Program-made: the position numbers and the translations under genes
Shown: in pieces, positions 1-13,120 of the stretch
How positions within the stretch are numbered: the first letter of the stretch is position 1
Layout: every line of letters starts with the position of its first letter
Notes under the pieces: model-generated
What the model was told of the DNA's origin: nothing
The model's input: the letters and a program-made list of their open reading frames with translations, nothing else
Database searches by the model: none
Assembly (NCBI RefSeq): GCF_006345805.1
Contig: NC_043006.1
Coordinates: 84,320,001-84,384,000, forward strand
From: Octopus sinensis
Taxonomy: Eukaryota
Length of the DNA stretch: 64,000 bases
Direction of reading: 5' to 3'

Positions 1-339
1 GGGTGATGTGTCTTCGATCATTCATGGCTGAAACAGTTTCATTTTCTTCCATCATCAAATTTACAATCGTTGTAACAAGCTTTGAGGTCTACACACTTTA
101 TTTATAATGTTTGGGTCGACACCACACACACACTACACGCACGCACACACACATACACACACACAAACGCATACATACAAACATGTTGAGTGAAAAGTCT
201 TGCAGCATTTTGGTAACTTATTTCCTGCATTCGTCAAGCACAACAAAAGCAGCTTAGCATAGAAAATAGAGGCCAACGTGTTGCACCATCTCAAGCCACC
301 TTTCTGCCAGTTCTTTGATCCCATTCTAACACCAGTTCT

Positions 340-975
340 TGTCCATCGAGGCGAAGAATTTCTTCACTGGAGCTTCTTTGTTGATGAAATGTCGCGAGCA
401 TAGTAAGTAAGCCATAAATCGGAATAAGTAATAATCCATGGGATATATTTTTCGCAACCGAACGTGCAGAAGCAGTGGTTAAGCAAGGACCATCTTCCAG
501 AATTTGTTGCCAAACGTGGTCATTTCGAGGCGTTTCGAATACTGTGTGGTGTTCTACCTCTGGCGGAATTCTAAGGGGAGGAGTTCGCTCCGGACGGTCG
601 AACCATCGATGCCATTATACTCCGAACAGCCCATGCGGATGTATGCTATCATGCGACAGGAATACCCGGTATTGATTAACAGAAAGCGAATTCTTCTAGA
701 GCAAGACAATGCAAGACCTCATACCCCTCGAACGACCCGGAACAAACTCCAGGAACTTGATAGAATCGAACTGATGCCCTCAGATTATTACTTGTTCCGA
801 TCCATGAGCTTACTTCCTGGTCACACGATGCCTCATCAACCAGGAGGAGGTGGAAACTTCAATTAAGAAGTTCTTCACCTCAAAGAGCAAGAATTGGTAT
901 TAGCATGGGATCAAAGAACTGACAGATAGGTGGCTTCTGTTGGTGCAACAAATTGCCTTCTACTCCGAACGCTCG
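340..975 (+). pseudogene. Decayed mariner (Tc1/mariner DD34D-type) transposase C-terminal fragment
   Basis: ORF 504-866 contains INRKRILLEQDNARPHTPRTTRNKLQEL and PSDYYLFRSM, matching the mariner LLQHDNARPH...PSDYHLFRSM motifs. Flanking frameshifted pieces continue the homology, for example GIKELTDRW near 908-935. Confidence 0.85.
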
Positions 976-1420
976 ACTGTTTTTGTTGTAACTTGACGAA
1001 TGAAGCTTAACACTATATACATTGCTAAAACGTACCGTAAACACACGTCCGTAAGCTCTTATCCATTACTGTTCCTTATGACGAATTTAAACATTCTGCC
1101 CCTGTCCACAAACAAATTGTGAAGAGAAAGCTGTAAATACTACACATCCCAATTCTGTTTGTAGTTTTATCAGCAACTGTGCAACTTCGTCAACAATCCA
1201 CAAGCACACTGCTTATAAACCCACTGATATTATGATTAAAGTATACCGGAAAGTCCAATTTGCATATTTAGCACATTGCTGGCAGTAAGTTTAAACATAA
1301 AATTACTCATCTGTTTACAATATTTTCTTTCATTCTTATAGCATATGAACAGATTCTTAGTTAACATATCATTTGCATACACGTAGTGTTTACAATCGTT
1401 GTAATATACAGTGTTGGCTA

Positions 1421-1454
1421 GGACATTATAGGACATTATAGGACATTATAGGAC
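1421..1454. repeat. 10-bp minisatellite (GGACATTATA)x3 plus partial copy
   Basis: Read directly from the sequence. Confidence 0.9.
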
Positions 1455-1496
1455 AAAGAAACAAAATGCTGCTATACGCAAATACTATGTTTATTA

Positions 1497-1511
1497 TACA
1501 TACATACATGC

Positions 1512-1558
<47 letters not shown>

Positions 1559-1581
1559 ATATATATGCATATATTTTTATG

Positions 1582-1621
<40 letters not shown>

Positions 1622-1693
1622 CATACAAATATATACACATATATATATACATACATACATATATATATATATACATATACACACACACACATA

Positions 1694-1734
<41 letters not shown>

Positions 1735-1750
1735 CACACACACACACACA
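1497..1750. repeat. (TA)n/(CA)n compound microsatellite
   Basis: Direct reading; explains the YI/HT-repeat ORFs here. Confidence 0.95.
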
Positions 1751-1944
1751 TATTTCTTTGCTACCCACAAGGGGCTAAAAATAGAGGTGACAAACAAGGA
1801 CACACAAAGGGATTAAGTCGATTACATCGACTCCAGTGTGAAACTGGTACTTTATTTGTCGACCCCGAAAAGATGAAAGGCAAAGTCGACCTCGGCGCAA
1901 TTTGAACTCAGAACGTAACGGCAGACGAAATACCGCCAAGCATT
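1751..1944 (-). mobile_element. tRNA-derived SINE family A, 5'-truncated
   Basis: Contains the family core gtcgaccccgaaa.gatgaaaggcaaagtcgacctcggcg.aatttgaactcagaacgta shared with many copies in the window. B-box GTTCAAAT on the minus strand. Confidence 0.85.
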
Positions 1945-2289
1945 ACATCATAAGAGCGACAGGCAGAAACAAAGAAAACACATGTATTTGAACACTATAC
2001 AAATATACTTTGAAAAAAAAACTTTAAAATTTTTCTATATTTAATTGTTTTCCATACTGTAAGTGTGCGTGTGCGTGCGTGACTATGTATTCATATACGG
2101 ATACGCGTATAATCATATATATCTACACACACACACACATACATAGTTTGAGCAAATATATGTTTATATACGAGAACATACACATCACTCACTTGCTTAT
2201 ATGGCTTTCCTGATATGCAGCAATGGCTGCCCGTCCACTTCACATTCGTTCATTTTATTTCACTCTCAACCATATCCGATCAGGCCTAG

Positions 2290-2490
2290 TTCTCGACATA
2301 TATATGGTCACACAAACATGTGTATGTGTTTGCGCGCGCGCGTATCTGTGTGTATGCATATGTATGCATGAATGTATTTATGTCTATCTCTCTGTCTGTA
2401 TATATACATACATACATACATATATACATGCATATATATATAGATATATATACATACATACATTTATACATATATGTGTATGTATATATA

Positions 2491-2539
<49 letters not shown>

Positions 2540-2631
2540 TACACATACATACATACATACTACGTACGTACATACATACATACATACATACACACACACC
2601 ACACACCACACACACACACACACACACCACA

Positions 2632-2689
<58 letters not shown>

Positions 2690-2690
2690 G
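2290..2690. repeat. (TA)/(TACA)/(CA) compound microsatellite
   Basis: Direct reading. Confidence 0.95.
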
Positions 2691-3173
2691 AATGAGCGTG
2701 CCTAAACAAATGCTCATATGGTGGCGTCAACGGTAAGATATGTTAAGTGGATGGGAAACGAGGGGAACTGGCAGTGTTAACATTATTTGCAAGAGATACG
2801 GATGGCGAAGAGAACAGAAATATCATCCACTCGCCAACACAATTCGTGTGTGATCTTGGCTTAATGCATTGCGTCACTGAGAAACGGTGTGAAATGTAAT
2901 GGCTGAAGGTGTATTGCACGTAGGGGGGGTGCGGGTGGGGGATAAAATGGCTTGATATGATGATGTGACTGTCATGTGATGAATCTAACGTTTATATGTC
3001 TTCCACAAGCCAAGGAAGAGAGAAAGAAAGAAAAGGAATGGAAGGGAGGAAGGAAGAAATATGAGGACCAAATATGATGGGAAAGGGGAGTGCATCAGAA
3101 ATTTACAACAGCATTCCAAATCCCGATTATTACGCCACCTAATGTAAGACTAATAATAATAATAATAATAATG

Positions 3174-3230
<57 letters not shown>

Positions 3231-3245
3231 TAATAATAATAATAT

Positions 3246-3790
3246 TGGAAGCTAAGCCAACATTATGGAATAACAACAGAAAAAAGATGGTATAGGCACA
3301 CACCAGAATAGGTCACAGAAAACGAGAAAGCAACCATACTCTGGGATATACTCACAGATAGAGAAATTAAGGCCAACAGACCAGATTTAGTTGTCAGAGA
3401 TCATGAAGAAAAAAAATGCTTTCTAATTGATGTATCAATACCGGCAGATGACAACGTGTCTCTAAAAGAAATGGAGAAACTCTCAAAATACAAAGACTTG
3501 GAAATAGAGGTAACTAGAATGTGGAATCTGAAAACAGAAACAATTCTATCATAGTAGGTGCATTAGGCATGATAAAAAAATATTCAGACAAATACATAAC
3601 AAAAACACCAGGACTTACAAACACATATAACATACAGAAATTGCACTACTAGGCACTGCACACATCCTACGCAGAACACTTTCCATACAATAACCATCAG
3701 AGCATCACAACAAATCACAGCACATACCAAGGCACACAGAGCTGCGCTCGGTAGTGAAGTGAAAGCACGCTATAAAAATAAAAACTACTG
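3246..3790 (+). mobile_element. 5'-truncated R4/Dong-type non-LTR retrotransposon (restriction-like endonuclease domain plus 3' UTR) inserted in (TAA)n
   Basis: Translation from 3246 gives WKLSQHYG..RWYRHTPE*VTENEKATILWD..EIKANRPDLVV..CFLIDVSIPADDNVSLKEMEKLSKYKDLEIEVTRMW, then after frameshifts IVGALG...LGTAHILRRTL, with a stop at 3691-3693. Flanked by (TAA)n at 3151-3243 and 3791-3846. Confidence 0.88.
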
Positions 3791-3812
3791 AATAATAATA
3801 ATAATAATAATA

Positions 3813-3845
<33 letters not shown>

Positions 3846-3847
<2 letters not shown>

Positions 3848-4147
3848 GAGATGTACTTGCATAGCGAGTGACTTGATCTGAGATCGTGTGCTGGAACGAA
3901 ATCACTTGCAGCGTGGAAGATGTTTATAAGCCATTAAAAAAACACAAAAACCGTCAGATTCACTTGAACATTTAAATTTAATTTGTCAAAATATTTTCGT
4001 CGCTTTGGGACCGCGACCTGTTCACTGACAAAGGTCGCGGTCTCAAAGCGACGAAAATATTTTGACAAATTAAATGTAAATGTTCAAGTGAATCTGACGG
4101 TTTTTGTGTGTTTTTTAAATGGCTTACAAACACCTTCCACGCTGCAA
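3846..4147 (-). mobile_element. Penelope-like terminal-repeat fragment with 5' inversion, forming a near-perfect ~114-bp-arm palindrome
   Basis: 3906-4019 is the reverse complement of 4032-4147 with a 12-nt spacer. The minus strand carries a hammerhead-shaped motif and ends in an (ATT)n tail. The palindrome is seen directly; the PLE assignment is inferred. Confidence 0.6.
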
Positions 4148-4149
4148 TA

Positions 4150-4884
4150 ATAATAATGATTTCTTTTATTTGCCACCAGGGCGAACGATGTGGGGGACGA
4201 CACAAAGACAAGCATAAAGTGTGGGGGTTTACATATAATGGAATGATTAAAAAAAGGTTAAAGTATACACGGTATACATTAAAGGAAGGAAAGAATACAT
4301 AGTATACAGTAGTGAGAAGAAGAAAGAAGAAAAAGTTATAGTTGTGGGGTCCTCCTGATACAGGAAGACCTCTAGGGATAATCGAGGAACCCCACAATCC
4401 CAAATCACCCTGAATATCAAGGTCAAGTGCCCTTTCCAACTTCTTTCCTCCGAATGTCTCTGTTCTCATTCCTTTCAGTCTAGTACGCCATAAAGCCTCT
4501 TTCATCACTAAGCAAAGGAAAACTCTCTTGCCAGCTCGATTAAAGGAGGGCGGCGGATCAATCATCACTATGGACTCGAACGACAGACGGATCCGTCCCA
4601 CAGACGACAGCAGCTGTTCGATATAATTCTACAAGTCAGCAATGCCTGGACACTGAACGAGTGCATGTAGAACGGTTTCGTCGCTCTGCGAGCACCTCGA
4701 ATAAGCCCATCTGATAACACATCCGTGCCTGTAGAGTTTATCTCGAACCGGTAGCGCTCCCGGTAACACTGCCAAGCCAAAGACATCAGTTCGAAAAGAA
4801 TGCACCTCAATTGTTCCAACTTCCGCAGCAATGGCGCGAGAACCAGCACGTACAGAAGAGGTGACAGCGGGAAGCCCTGACGGA
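4150..4884 (-). mobile_element. 3' end of a Tx1/L1-clade LINE (zinc-finger/zf-RVT-like C terminus plus 3' UTR), decayed
   Basis: Overlapping minus ORFs read LAWQCYRE / GALPVRDKLYRHG...RCSQSDETVLHALVQCPGIADL / GRIRLSFESIVMIDPPPSFNRAGKRVFLCLV (C..C...H...C knuckle). The 3' UTR ends in AATAAA plus (ATT)n near 4150-4170. Confidence 0.8.
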
Positions 4885-5109
4885 CCTTTTGAACGGGATG
4901 GGTTACTCAACCAGAAGGAAGTTCTGACTGGGCCCCACCAGCAAGTTTATGCGCTGTTTATCTTGATATGAGATCATCATGTCACGCACATATGGTTGTG
5001 ATGCATGTGCCTAGTGTACCCTTATCAGACAGGTAGTCATGATGGGTATACTGGGCTTTGTATATTTTACCCCAGTGTCACTTTGATGGCATGCACTGCT
5101 CTCTCACTC

Positions 5110-5110
<1 letters not shown>
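4884..5110 (+). mobile_element. 3' part of unclassified (AAT)n-tailed repeat (element D)
   Basis: Near-identical to 19790-20005; both end ...gcactgctctctcactc followed by (AAT)n. Confidence 0.75.
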
Positions 5111-5199
<89 letters not shown>

Positions 5200-5229
5200 C
5201 TTGATGATGATCATGATAACGAGAACAAC

Positions 5230-5810
5230 AATAAGGGTTGTGGAAGAGAAAGGGTGTACCCGTGGTATGTTGGTGTACTTGCTACAATATCCAATGTGCT
5301 ACCGAATAATAACAGGCGTGGCCGTGTATGTAAAAGTGTGCGTCTGGATGTTTGTTGAGTGTGTGGATTTAAAGCTACGAGAAAGCGGTATAAACAGGAG
5401 CCAGAGGCGGTTTTAAAGAACAAAAATTGTAGGATTTCATGCCATAAAGACTGACCATATCATTGAAAGAAGAAAACTAGATTTGATTATATAGGAGGAA
5501 AAAACAAACAGTGTAAAAATAGTAGACTTTTGTGATATCATATGATAACTGAGTGGATACCAAAGAAATTTAAAAGAATTGCGGAATATCAGGACCTAAC
5601 CAGAAAGCTAAAGAGACCGTAAAAAACTAAATCAACAATTATTCTAGTGTTAAATGTTGCTCTTGACATAACACCCAAACTGTTATCCAAGAGTCTGAAG
5701 GATATTGGAACTGAGACTTGCATTGTCAACTTGTAGAAAAGTACATCGTGTATTCAACAAGAATCTTAAGAAAGGTTCTTGAGATTCGAAACTTGTTGTT
5801 ACCTTATCTC
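5230..5810 (+). pseudogene. Heavily decayed R4/Dong-type retrotransposon C terminus (second subfamily)
   Basis: Broken translation includes ..YKQEPEAVLKNKNCRI..IKTDHIIERRKLDLII..EYQDLTRKLKR..STRILRKVLEI, homologous to 21950-22450. Preceded by (AAT)n(GAT)n. Confidence 0.65.
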
Positions 5811-5850
5811 AAGATAACATTCCTGCTTATTAAATTAGCATGTAACAGAC

Positions 5851-6071
5851 TAGTGGTAGTAGTAGTAGTAGTAGTAGTAGTGGCGGTGGTGGTGGTAGTA
5901 GTGGTGGTGGTAGTGGTGGTGGTGGTCGTCGTCGTAGTAGTAGTAGTAGTTGAAGTGATGGTGGTGGTAGTGGTAGTAACATTGGTGGTGGTGGTGGTGG
6001 TAGTAGTAGTAGTAGTGGTGGTGGTGGTGGTAGTGGTAGTAGCATTGGTGGTGGCGGTAGTAGTAGTAGTG

Positions 6072-6117
<46 letters not shown>

Positions 6118-6224
6118 CAGCAGCAGCAGCAACAGCAGCAATAGTAGTAGTAGTAGTAGCAGCAGCAACAGCAGCAATAGTAGTAGTAGTAGTAGTAGAG
6201 TAGTAGTAGTAGTAGTAGTAGTAA
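5851..6224. repeat. (GTA)/(GTG)/(GCA) compound trinucleotide repeat
   Basis: Direct reading. Confidence 0.95.
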
Positions 6225-6485
6225 TGTTTATAGTAATGTTGCTGTGAATTTCCTTTCCATTTTTCCTTTTTATTTTCTTTGTCTACTTTTTTCATTTTTT
6301 TTCTATTTTCCTGTTTCTCTCTTTCTCTATCACATGACCCTGCAAATGAACAATTTGCTGTGCTTATTTTAATGGCTTACCAATGTATACTGTGAGTTTC
6401 TCTGCCCTAGGTGTCAGGAAGATACTCGGCAAGAAACGGAAAGAGAATTGAAAGAAGATGATAGTGGCGATAATAATAACAACAA

Positions 6486-6703
6486 TAATCCTTTCTACTA
6501 AAGGCACAAGGCCTGAGATTTTGGGTTAGGGGATTAGTAGATTACAGCGACCCCAATGTTTCACTGGTACTTAATTTATCGACCCCGAAAGGACGACGGG
6601 TATAGTCGACCTCGGCAGAATTTGAACTCAGAAAGTAACGGTGGACGAAATACCGCTAAGCATTTTGCCCAGCGTGCTAACGATTCTACCAGTTCACCGC
6701 CTT
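6486..6703 (-). mobile_element. SINE family A, near full length
   Basis: Family core plus A-box-like head (ggcggtgaactggtagaatcgttagc on the minus strand). Confidence 0.85.
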
Positions 6704-6704
6704 C

Positions 6705-6772
<68 letters not shown>

Positions 6773-8199
6773 CAACAACAACAATCATAAAAAAATAATA
6801 ATAATGATCAGTCTCGTCATTATAAATCCCGTTCTGTTTGTTTTTTGTGCGCTTATAACTCGAGTATTGTTCATCTGATTGCGCTGAAATTTTAAACATG
6901 GATACATGAGAGCGTGGAGCGTTCCGTAATCTAATAAGATTTTCAAAATTGTCAGTTTCAAAATGAGAATCGCTATTTTTGTAATGTTTGCCTGCCCATC
7001 ACACAATTAAAACTTCCATTTTTTTATTTTCAATTGAAACTACTGTTACGTATCCCGTTGTTCTTACCACTACGTCAGTGAAAATCGAGATAAAATACTT
7101 AAAGCAACAGTTGTCAAATACAAAAGCCAAGGCCCATGTAGTGTCATGGGCTCCACAAAATTTCTAACTTCTTGCCTAATGCGAGCCCAGAGCAATCTCT
7201 TATCTTTTACACTATTTCAGTATTACGTCTCCATTGTATTGTGAGATAATACGTTCAGTTTGAAAGAAGTCTGTTCTATAAATATATGTTCCTTATGCAT
7301 TCCAAAACTGAGTTACCGATTTTGAAGTATAGGCTATCAAAAGATTCAGTACTATTTCGGCTACAAATTAAGCTTAATTTCCATCCACATATTTGCATTT
7401 CAAAAATTTAACATTATAATATTTTCCATAAATCAACTATCGTAAACATTTTATACGATGATGACGTCACATTTCCTATATGTGTGTACCTTAAAAGACA
7501 TTAATCATCACGACACACCTTTACTCACTCACTATCACTCTTTCTCTCTCTCTCACACACACGCGCACGCACACACACACACACATCCATTTTATATACA
7601 CGTACATACATCTTTCACTTCCTCATCTCCTTCACTTTCTTTCTCTGTCCTTTTCGCTTTCTCTTCTTTCAATTTCTGCTCTCTTCGAATAAATTTTTAC
7701 GGAATGAGCAGGAGAAACACAACATGAGCCCCCCACAGCAGAATGGTGTGTCAGTGTATGTGTTGACTGACATAACGAACGGCGGGAGGTGAAACTCTTG
7801 ACAAAAAACAATAAGGTGGCAGGTCCAAGATATATAAAAATACACGTTTACCGTTCAATTAACAGTTCATAATTATCGCAGCAGTTGCAAGGTTGCAAGG
7901 TATTTACAGTTACATATTTACTCTTAAATTAACATTTATATTTTTATATCTTAAGAAATTTATCTATAATAATTATTGCGGCATTTACCGTTAAATTAGC
8001 AGTTTACATATACATGTGCTTCTATTTGGTTAATTAATACTGCATACAAAATTAAAAATATACTACATACATACAACTGTAAAATTTTTTGTTTACAATA
8101 TTAAAAAATATCCCAAAATTAAAAATATGTCACCAAAGAAAAAAATGTATCTCTCCTGAAACAAGTATAAAGCAAGGAGGATTGTAGAAAACCCAAGGT

Positions 8200-9110
8200 G
8201 AGAGTCTGAAGAGAGAAGTGAGATGAGATTTTCTCAAGATCAGCAAATGCATGTTGCAGCACTTAATGCTGGATCATTAAATCAATGTTTTAATGATTAG
8301 ACAGAGGTTCAATAGAATAGCTCTCATAAACAGACTACGTACAAATTCGTTCTTCACAACTCCTGAAGCTGTTTTCAGATATGATCCATCCCATTCTTAT
8401 AAAAATGGTAACTCTGTCCAAGTTGGTGTGCTAAACACAAATTGTCTTTTCTGTAGAGCTTTAAAATTTTAGAATGAAACAAATGGTATATGCTACTCAG
8501 GCGGTCAGGTAACACTGCGAACACTACCAGCTCCTTCTCAATCTCTAATGGATCTTCTAGAAAGCACTTCAAACCAGTCAAAGGATTTCTGAACAATATC
8601 AGACAATACAACTCTGCATTTCAAATGACATCATTTACTGCATCTAAGAAGATAGTTAAACATGAATTTACGCCGATGTCAAAGTTCAGAGGCAAGTCTA
8701 TCAGCTCATTGGTTCCCTGTTACCCACAAATGAACAATCACAGTTCCTCCAAATTTAGTTTATGAGTGATGTAGGACAACAAACCCGAAGGTGGTGTCAA
8801 AAATTTCAGATGATCGATCGTGTTAGACACAGCGCCGACTGCTGCAAAAGAGAGTATATCCACTGACAGCTTTTCGGTACGTTCAAATTTACATACACCC
8901 TCACCCCCAATTTTCCATGACAGGTTAGGGCCTGAAATACTCCAAACGGATGTATAGTATGTTGCTTAGTCGAATTAGCCCATCATTTACTCCACAAATG
9001 TTTTGTCGTCAATGCTGCACTTTCCCTATCACCTGTTTCAACATAACTCTAATATATTTTATACAAACTGTGGCATTTTAATCCCAAGCAACGCCGGGTA
9101 TCTCTGCTAA
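8200..9110 (+). mobile_element. Internally deleted Helitron: Rep/Hel N-terminal remnant plus 3' hairpin terminus
   Basis: Frameshifted translation AVFRYDPSHSY..VQVGVLNTNCLFCRALKF...FLNNIRQYNSAFQMTSF...QVYQLIGSL...QFLQI resembles Helitron Rep N-terminal motifs. The 3' end cccaagcaacgccggg-tatctctg-ctaa (9083-9110) resembles the Helitron hairpin plus CTAG end. The 5' boundary is uncertain. Confidence 0.8.
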
Positions 9111-9120
9111 TACATGTATT

Positions 9121-9810
<690 letters not shown>

Positions 9811-9855
9811 TATATATAAAGGAATTAAGGGTAACGCTATGCTACTTCGTAATAA

Positions 9856-9934
<79 letters not shown>

Positions 9935-10060
9935 TATATCACAATCAAGGAACGGCCATAATAGGCCATTCACCCACTAGAAATAACAGCCAAAAAGCTT
10001 CAACCGCAAAATAACATTAATTCCGTAAACCAGGAAAAATTAAAAAACATTTACCCTGAA

Positions 10061-10167
10061 ATTCCTTATACGATGCACCGTTTCTTCTACTGTTTAATGG
10101 TAAACTAACCTGATTAAATTAAATCAAGCCAATCTACCATAGGCCCTTAGATTCATCAGTAAGGAAT
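10061..10167 (-). ncRNA. Type I hammerhead ribozyme, array unit 1
   Basis: Exact reverse complement of 14076-14182. Confidence 0.85.
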
Positions 10168-10554
10168 AGCCAAATCGGAACAGATATTTTTCACGAGGCA
10201 TTCTCGTCCATGCCTCGCCAATATCTGACCTAAAATTTTCAAATCGTCGCACTCGCGCCAATTTATCGGCAGCAAATAAATATAAGCCGCCGATTCCATT
10301 ACGGAACCAACCAGAAAATTCATAATTAATCAATATAGGGAGGCAAAAAAAAATTTTGTAGAATTCTTTTGCCCCAGCGGCCTAGTGGGAAAAAATTAAA
10401 TAGTCATAAACCATTTTTAAGTTCAATATCACAATCAAGGAACGGCCATAATAGGCCATTCACCCACTAGAAATAACAGCCAAAAAGCTTCAACCAACCG
10501 CAAAATAACATTAATTCCGTAAACCAGGAGAAAATTAAAAACATTTACCCTGAA

Positions 10555-10665
10555 ATTCCTTATACGATGCACCGTTTCTTCTACTGTTTAATGGTAACTA
10601 ACCTGATTAAATTAAATCAACCCAATCTACCATACCATAGGCCCTTAGATTCATCAGTAAGGAAT
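10555..10665 (-). ncRNA. Type I hammerhead ribozyme, array unit 2
   Basis: Core intact; small indels in the stem II extension. Confidence 0.8.
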
Positions 10666-11049
10666 AGCCAAATCGGAACAGATATTTTTCACGAGGCATT
10701 CTCGTCCATGCCTCGCCAATATCTGACCTAAAATTTTCAAATCGTCGCACTCGCGCCAAATTTATCGGCAGCAAATAAATATAAGCCGCCGATTCCATTA
10801 CGGAACCAACCAGAAAATTCATAATTAATCAATATAGGGAGGCAAAAAAAATTTTGTAGAATTCTTTTGCCCCCAGCGGCCTAGTGGGAAAAAATTAAAT
10901 AGTCATAAACCATTTTTAAGTTCAATATCACAATCAAGGAACGGCCATAATAGGCCATTCACCCACTAGAAATAACAGCCAAAAAGCTTCAACCGCAAAA
11001 TAACATTATTCCGTAAACCAGGAGAAAATTAAAAAACATTTACCCTGAA

Positions 11050-11156
11050 ATTCCTTATACGATGCACCGTTTCTTCTACTGTTTAATGGTAAACTAACCT
11101 GATTAAATTAAATCAAGCCAATCTACCATAGGCCCTTAGATTCATCAGTAAGGAAT
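11050..11156 (-). ncRNA. Type I hammerhead ribozyme, array unit 3
   Basis: Core and stems intact. Confidence 0.85.
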
Positions 11157-11541
11157 AGCCAAATCGGAACAGATATTTTTCACGAGGCATTCTCGTCCAT
11201 GCCTCGCCAATATCTGACCTAAAATTTTCAAATCGTCGCACTCGCGCCAAATTTATCGGCAGCAAATAAATATAAGCCGCCGATTCCATTACGGAACCAA
11301 CCAGAAAATTCATAATTAATCAATATAGGGAGGCAAAAAAAAATTTTGTAGAATTCTTTTGCCCCCAGCGGCCTAGTGGGAAAAAATTAAATAGTCATAA
11401 ACCATTTTTAAGTTCAATATCACAATCAAGGAACGGCCATAATAGGCCATTCACCCACTAGAAATAACAGCCAAAAAGCTTCAACCGCAAAATAACATTA
11501 TTCCGTAAACCAGGAGAAAATTAAAAAACATTTACCCTGAA

Positions 11542-11648
11542 ATTCCTTATACGATGCACCGTTTCTTCTACTGTTTAATGGTAAACTAACCTGATTAAAT
11601 TAAATCAAGCCAATCTACCATAGGCCCTTAGATTCATCAGTAAGGAAT
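11542..11648 (-). ncRNA. Type I hammerhead ribozyme, array unit 4
   Basis: Core and stems intact. Confidence 0.85.
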
Positions 11649-12032
11649 AGCCAAATCGGAACAGATATTTTTCACGAGGCATTCTCGTCCATGCCTCGCC
11701 AATATCTGACCTAAATTTTCAAATCGTCGCACTCGCGCCAATTTATCGGCAGCAAATAAATATAAGCCGCCGATTCCATTACGGAACCAACCAAAAATTC
11801 ATAATTAATCAATATAGGGAGGCAAAAAAAAAATTTTGTAGAATTCTTTTGCCCCCAGCGGCCTAGTGGGAAAAAATTAAATAGTCATAAACCATTTTTA
11901 AGTTCAATATCACAATCAAGGAACGGCCATAATAGGCCATTCACCCACTAGAAATAACAGCCAAAAAGCTTCAACCGCAAAATAACATTAATTCCGTAAA
12001 CCAGGAGAAAATTAAAAAACATTTACCCTGAA

Positions 12033-12139
12033 ATTCCTTATACGATGCACCGTTTCTTCTACTGTTTAATGGTAAACTAACCTGATTAAATTAAATCAAG
12101 CCAATCTACCATAGGCCCTTAGATTCATCAGTAAGGAAT
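12033..12139 (-). ncRNA. Type I hammerhead ribozyme, array unit 5
   Basis: Core and stems intact. Confidence 0.85.
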
Positions 12140-12523
12140 AGCCAAATCGGAACAGATATTTTTCACGAGGCATTCTCGTCCATGCCTCGCCAATATCTGA
12201 CCTAAAATTTTCAAATCGTCGCACTCGCGCCAAATTTATCGGCAGCAAATAAATATAAGCCGCCGATTCCATTACGGAACCAACCAGAAAATTCATAATT
12301 AATCAATATAGGGAGGCAAAAAAAATTTTGTAGAATTCTTTTGCCCCAGCGGCCTAGTGGGAAAAAATTAAATAGTCATAAACCATTTTTAAGTTCAATA
12401 TCACAATCAAGGAACGGCCATAATAGGCCATTCACCCACTAGAAATAACAGCCAAAAAGCTTCAACCGCAAAATAACATTAATTCCGTAAACCAGGAGAA
12501 AATTAAAAAACATTTACCCTGAA

Positions 12524-12630
12524 ATTCCTTATACGATGCACCGTTTCTTCTACTGTTTAATGGTAAACTAACCTGATTAAATTAAATCAAGCCAATCTAC
12601 CATAGGCCCTTAGATTCATCAGTAAGGAAT
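12524..12630 (-). ncRNA. Type I hammerhead ribozyme, array unit 6
   Basis: Core and stems intact. Confidence 0.85.
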
Positions 12631-13014
12631 AGCCAAATCGGAACAGATATTTTTCACGAGGCATTCTCGTCCATGCCTCGCCAATATCTGACCTAAATTT
12701 TCAAATCGTCGCACTCGCGCCAAATTTATCGGCAGCAAATAAATATAAGCCGCCGATTCCATTACGGAACCAACCAGAAAATTCATAATTAATCAATATA
12801 GGGAGGCAAAAAAAATTTTGTAGAATTCTTTTGCCCCCAGCGGCCTAGTGGGAAAAAATTAAATAGTCATAAACCATTTTTAAGTTCAATATCACAATCA
12901 AGGAACGGCCATAATAGGCCATTCACCCACTAGAAATAACAGCCAAAAAGCTTCAACCGCAAAATAACATTAATTCCGTAAACCAGGAGAAAATTAAAAA
13001 ACATTTACCCTGAA

Positions 13015-13120
13015 ATTCCTTATACGATGCACCGTTTCTTCTACTGTTTAATGGTAAACTAACCTGATTAAATTAAATCAACCCAATCTACCATAGGCCC
13101 TTAGATTCATCAGTAGGAAT
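13015..13120 (-). ncRNA. Type I hammerhead ribozyme, array unit 7
   Basis: Core intact; 1-nt deletion in stem I (cagtaggaat instead of cagtaaggaat). Confidence 0.75.
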
